From contig CM074517.1 in NCBI GenBank assembly GCA_037379345.1, positions 1,426,001 through 1,490,000 on the forward strand: a DNA stretch of 64,000 nucleotides, written 5' to 3'. Positions 63,601 through 64,000 of the stretch are shown here, one piece after another. How positions within the stretch are numbered: the first letter of the stretch is position 1; each line of letters begins with the position of its first letter. A model generated the notes under the pieces. The model did not search any database, was not told where the DNA came from, and saw only the letters and a program-made list of their open reading frames with translations. The translations under genes were made by a program, and so were the position numbers. This stretch comes from Perna viridis. Taxonomy: Eukaryota.

Positions 63601-63635
63601 GTGATGAATGGTATTAATCTATGGGAATGAGTGTA
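36602..63635 (-). CDS. CLASP: CLIP-associating protein (CLASP1/2, Orbit/Mast) orthologue, 3' 24 core exons; 5' exons lie outside the window
   Basis: Spliced 991 aa: end of TOG2 (HRLIP..TSKS..RR..EFL...W..H.LEK..KKGI.DADSEAR), S/R-rich region with SKIP, TOG3, and CLIP-binding domain ending KLLNLYIKR. All introns GT-AG with matching phases. Confidence 0.96.
36984..37100 (-). CDS. CLASP: CLASP exon (AYDDPVSTVRKSAVFCLVAIH...NYSK)
   Basis: TAG/GTAAGT boundaries, 117 nt, conserved VRK..VFCLVA. Confidence 0.93.
37195..38180. repeat. 33-bp intronic minisatellite, about 30 copies
   Basis: Unit ACAACAGACCACTGTAATCATCGGTTCTAACCCCAG-like. It produces the repetitive LEPMITVVCCLG and VRTDDYSGLLSG pseudo-ORFs. 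Confidence 0.95.
38304..38510 (-). CDS. CLASP: CLASP exon (VQKAADEC...IIPGLVK)
   Basis: CAG/GTAATT, 207 nt, PINLGAIKMQTK motif. Confidence 0.94.
38952..39080 (-). CDS. CLASP: CLASP exon (IQIRALALKCLREILRHQP...HKDPDWR)
   Basis: CAG/GTAGAT, 129 nt. Confidence 0.94.
39715..39918. mobile_element. MITE in a CLASP intron
   Basis: Perfect 17-bp inverted repeat GGTACCAATTTTCGTGG (39741-57) / CCACGAAAATTGGTACC (39882-98); outer ends TACTGTGAA / TTCACAATA. Confidence 0.75.
39961..40087 (-). CDS. CLASP: CLASP exon (NEERE...WDEHFKTILLILLETLGDND)
   Basis: CAG/GTAAGT, 127 nt, highly conserved WDEHFKTILL.LLETLGD. Confidence 0.95.
40939..40990 (-). CDS. CLASP: CLASP exon (ENDIISDILKELSNHNER)
   Basis: CAG/GTAAAA, 52 nt, conserved LKELSNHNER. 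Confidence 0.93.
42511..42552 (-). CDS. CLASP: Candidate CLASP cassette exon, 42 nt (EPWKALLGISQYEP)
   Basis: ttttcctgccctacAG acceptor and GTAATA donor; phase 1-1 matches the host intron; stop-free. Confidence 0.55.
43928..44000 (-). CDS. CLASP: CLASP exon (NTLNGLNRSRLADPDFDEGESFNE)
   Basis: CAG/GTATGT, 73 nt; needed to bridge phase 0 to phase 1. Confidence 0.85.
45219..45465 (-). CDS. CLASP: CLASP exon (NEHPDELETENMNPEDIYNS...HYQDE)
   Basis: CAG/GTGAGT, 247 nt, conserved TENMN.EDIY.S. Confidence 0.92.
45925..46040 (-). CDS. CLASP: CLASP exon (DGATKILHNHIR...PPSR)
   Basis: CAG/GTACAG, 116 nt, conserved DGATK.LHNH. Confidence 0.92.
46572..46658 (-). CDS. CLASP: CLASP exon (GAQVVLIALFNLNPPEFSMMLSYLPKAFQ)
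   Basis: CAG/GTAAGT, 87 nt. Confidence 0.93.
46858..47001 (-). CDS. CLASP: CLASP exon (VKSSLL...RLAISRIINWTTEPKSVEVRK)
   Basis: CAG/GTATGT, 144 nt, conserved WTTEPKS. Confidence 0.94.
48142..48147 (-). CDS. CLASP: Candidate 6-nt CLASP microexon (CCG AAG = PK)
   Basis: tctgtttttctttcatgctttcttgCAG|CCGAAG|GTAAAT; phase 0-0 as in the host intron. Confidence 0.6.
49745..49823 (-). CDS. CLASP: CLASP exon (DNFPFNMQFNVITKFIIDQTQSHSLK)
   Basis: TAG/GTAAGA, 79 nt. Confidence 0.93.
50233..50396 (-). CDS. CLASP: CLASP exon (VLSLFFDTLVD...GADMLGSQQAKVQKCLDSI)
   Basis: CAG/GTAACT, 164 nt. Confidence 0.93.
50679..50742 (-). CDS. CLASP: CLASP exon (RVELRKVMEIFTRMFHDPASK)
   Basis: CAG/GTAAGT, 64 nt, conserved EIFTRMF.DP.SK. 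Confidence 0.94.
51301..51404 (-). CDS. CLASP: CLASP exon, start of TOG3 (DTAEIISLLGS...RKDGLIALQNLL)
   Basis: TAG/GTAAGT, 104 nt. Confidence 0.92.
52006..52209. mobile_element. MITE in a CLASP intron
   Basis: 14-bp inverted repeat AACCAACTTATTTT (52013-26) / AAAATAAGTTGGTT (52189-202). Confidence 0.65.
52408..52467 (-). CDS. CLASP: Candidate CLASP alternative exon, 60 nt (QQKEMESSSSPPTIKPEDIK)
   Basis: CAG acceptor with a weak pyrimidine tract, AAG|GTACCT donor, phase 0-0, stop-free; an ATG lies directly upstream in frame. Confidence 0.35.
53497..53547 (-). CDS. CLASP: Candidate CLASP cassette exon, 51 nt (ASSEFEKWYYRLSTPTQ)
   Basis: ttgctttttgcttttttctgctgcttcgtaAAG acceptor, CAG|GTACTT donor, phase 0-0. 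Confidence 0.55.
53936..54040 (-). CDS. CLASP: CLASP exon (NRGRRYDTYDSDDAASENSSVCSDRSFASLGKTSE)
   Basis: TAG/GTAGGT, 105 nt, conserved SDD..S..SSVCS.RS. Confidence 0.92.
54392..54440 (+). mobile_element. 49-bp 5'-truncated copy (tail only) of the SINE-like element or its partner LINE
   Basis: CGTCTGAATATAGCTGAAATATTGCTGCTCGG..TTAAACCCCAACAAA flanked by the 12-bp TSD CTAAAATGTTGT (54380-91 and 54441-52). Confidence 0.85.
54597..54658 (-). CDS. CLASP: CLASP exon (THHRVLRHGSDVEDALADAL)
   Basis: CAG/GTAATC, 62 nt, conserved RVL...D.E.A.ADAL. Confidence 0.92.
55177..55368 (-). CDS. CLASP: CLASP exon, S/R-rich EB1-binding region (NSRSNSPT...RSQGASREGSP...SKIP)
   Basis: CAG/GTAAAT, 192 nt; RSQG.SRE.SP motif and SxIP motif SKIP. 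Confidence 0.92.
56046..56120 (-). CDS. CLASP: CLASP exon (RQRSSSQAVSSSRRGRTSGSSQSQ)
   Basis: CAG/GTAAGT, 75 nt; SQSQP junction as in vertebrate CLASPs. Confidence 0.88.
56735..56915 (-). CDS. CLASP: Candidate alternative first coding exon of a short CLASP isoform (MIMPAQG...RPKKVHFALFPYVVEIP...EIQD)
   Basis: AAAATGA start with an upstream in-frame stop; 60 codons + 1 nt ending at G|GTAATT; phase 1 matches exon 56046-56120. Confidence 0.55.
59969..60259 (-). CDS. CLASP: CLASP exon with (S/T)GR(M/T)TP repeats (LDKPLY...RSNSAADLN...SYNSTYNSL)
   Basis: CAG/GTAAGG, 291 nt, stop-free, phase 1-1. RSNSAADLN resembles vertebrate RSRSDIDVN. Missed by the ORF track. Confidence 0.88.
60765..60785 (-). 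CDS. CLASP: Candidate 21-nt CLASP microexon (DLDDTPK)
   Basis: ctttcttctttcactttcacgtcCAG|ATTTGGATGACACTCCTAAAG|GTAAGG; phase 1-1. Confidence 0.68.
62052..62113 (-). CDS. CLASP: CLASP exon (RIGKKKHSKFSSASSDTGGA)
   Basis: CAG/GTAAAA, 62 nt; bridges phase 2 to phase 1. Confidence 0.82.
62490..62687 (-). CDS. CLASP: CLASP exon (AFWGFADHFKDQADALLNSLE...STLG)
   Basis: CAG/GTAAGC, 198 nt, conserved WGF..HF...A..L...LE. Confidence 0.93.
62819..63003. repeat. ~53-bp tandem repeat (4 units) built from an exon end plus its 5' splice site
   Basis: AAC(T/C)TA(C/A)TTT(C/T)TAGA(G/A)AATGCCCT occurs four times; the last copy is the true exon/donor junction. Confidence 0.9.
62982..63119 (-). CDS. CLASP: CLASP exon, TOG2 (TSCEFLNQILHTW...KKGINDADSEARAFSRK)
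   Basis: CAG/GTAAGT, 138 nt. Confidence 0.95.
63565..63635 (-). CDS. CLASP: CLASP exon, TOG2 (YTHSHRLIPFITSGMTSKSSTIRR)
   Basis: CAG/GTAAGT, 71 nt. Confidence 0.93.
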
Positions 63636-64000
63636 CTGAAAATAAAAAAAAAACATCACTGGCATTGATAGGTTATCACCAGAAAGATTGTTTTGACCAC
63701 AAGGTCATCACTTCTCAATATAAATATTACACACACAGCTGAGTAGCAGAAATTTCTCACTTAACGTTTTAGACTTTGATATAGATGCATGATTCAAAGC
63801 ATCCATTCCAAAAAAAAGGTGCAAACTTTCATTCATTGGATAAGGATCAAGATCAGGAAAAAAAACCCACAAAAAACATGTGATCAGCAGAGTTTTTTTA
63901 ATACCAGGAATTAACAAGTAAGACAACCAGTTGGAAGTTACAATTATGTACTTACTTTAACATTACGATAAATATTATACCTATATAATGAACTGTATTG

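Overview
AT-rich animal genomic DNA. The repeat families look like those of a bivalve mollusc (oyster/mussel-like; inferred). The window has two halves. (1) 1-34 kb is a graveyard of nested transposons: a Penelope-like RT relic; LINE-A, interrupted by an opposite-strand LINE-B and by three nested copies of a structured SINE-like element with clear TSDs; satellite/Helentron-like repeats; a 1.09-kb tandem array; a decayed BEL/Pao LTR retrotransposon carrying a Penelope-like insertion; a 0.48/1.7-kb higher-order array; and LINE-C. (2) 36.6-64 kb is the 3' part of a CLASP (CLIP-associating protein/Orbit/Mast) gene on the minus strand, running off the right edge. I traced 24 core exons by hand: all GT-AG, phases consistent, 2976 nt = 991 aa + stop. 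The most interesting signals are in the CLASP introns and are largely invisible to the ORF track: a set of in-frame microexon/cassette candidates (6, 12, 21, 42, 51, 60 nt), a candidate internal first exon encoding a PP1-docking-like KKVHF..VVEIP N-terminus, and an exon with five (S/T)GR(M/T)TP phospho-repeats. No prokaryotic systems, tRNA/rRNA genes or CRISPR arrays were seen. All family assignments come from motif recognition by eye; no database searches were run.
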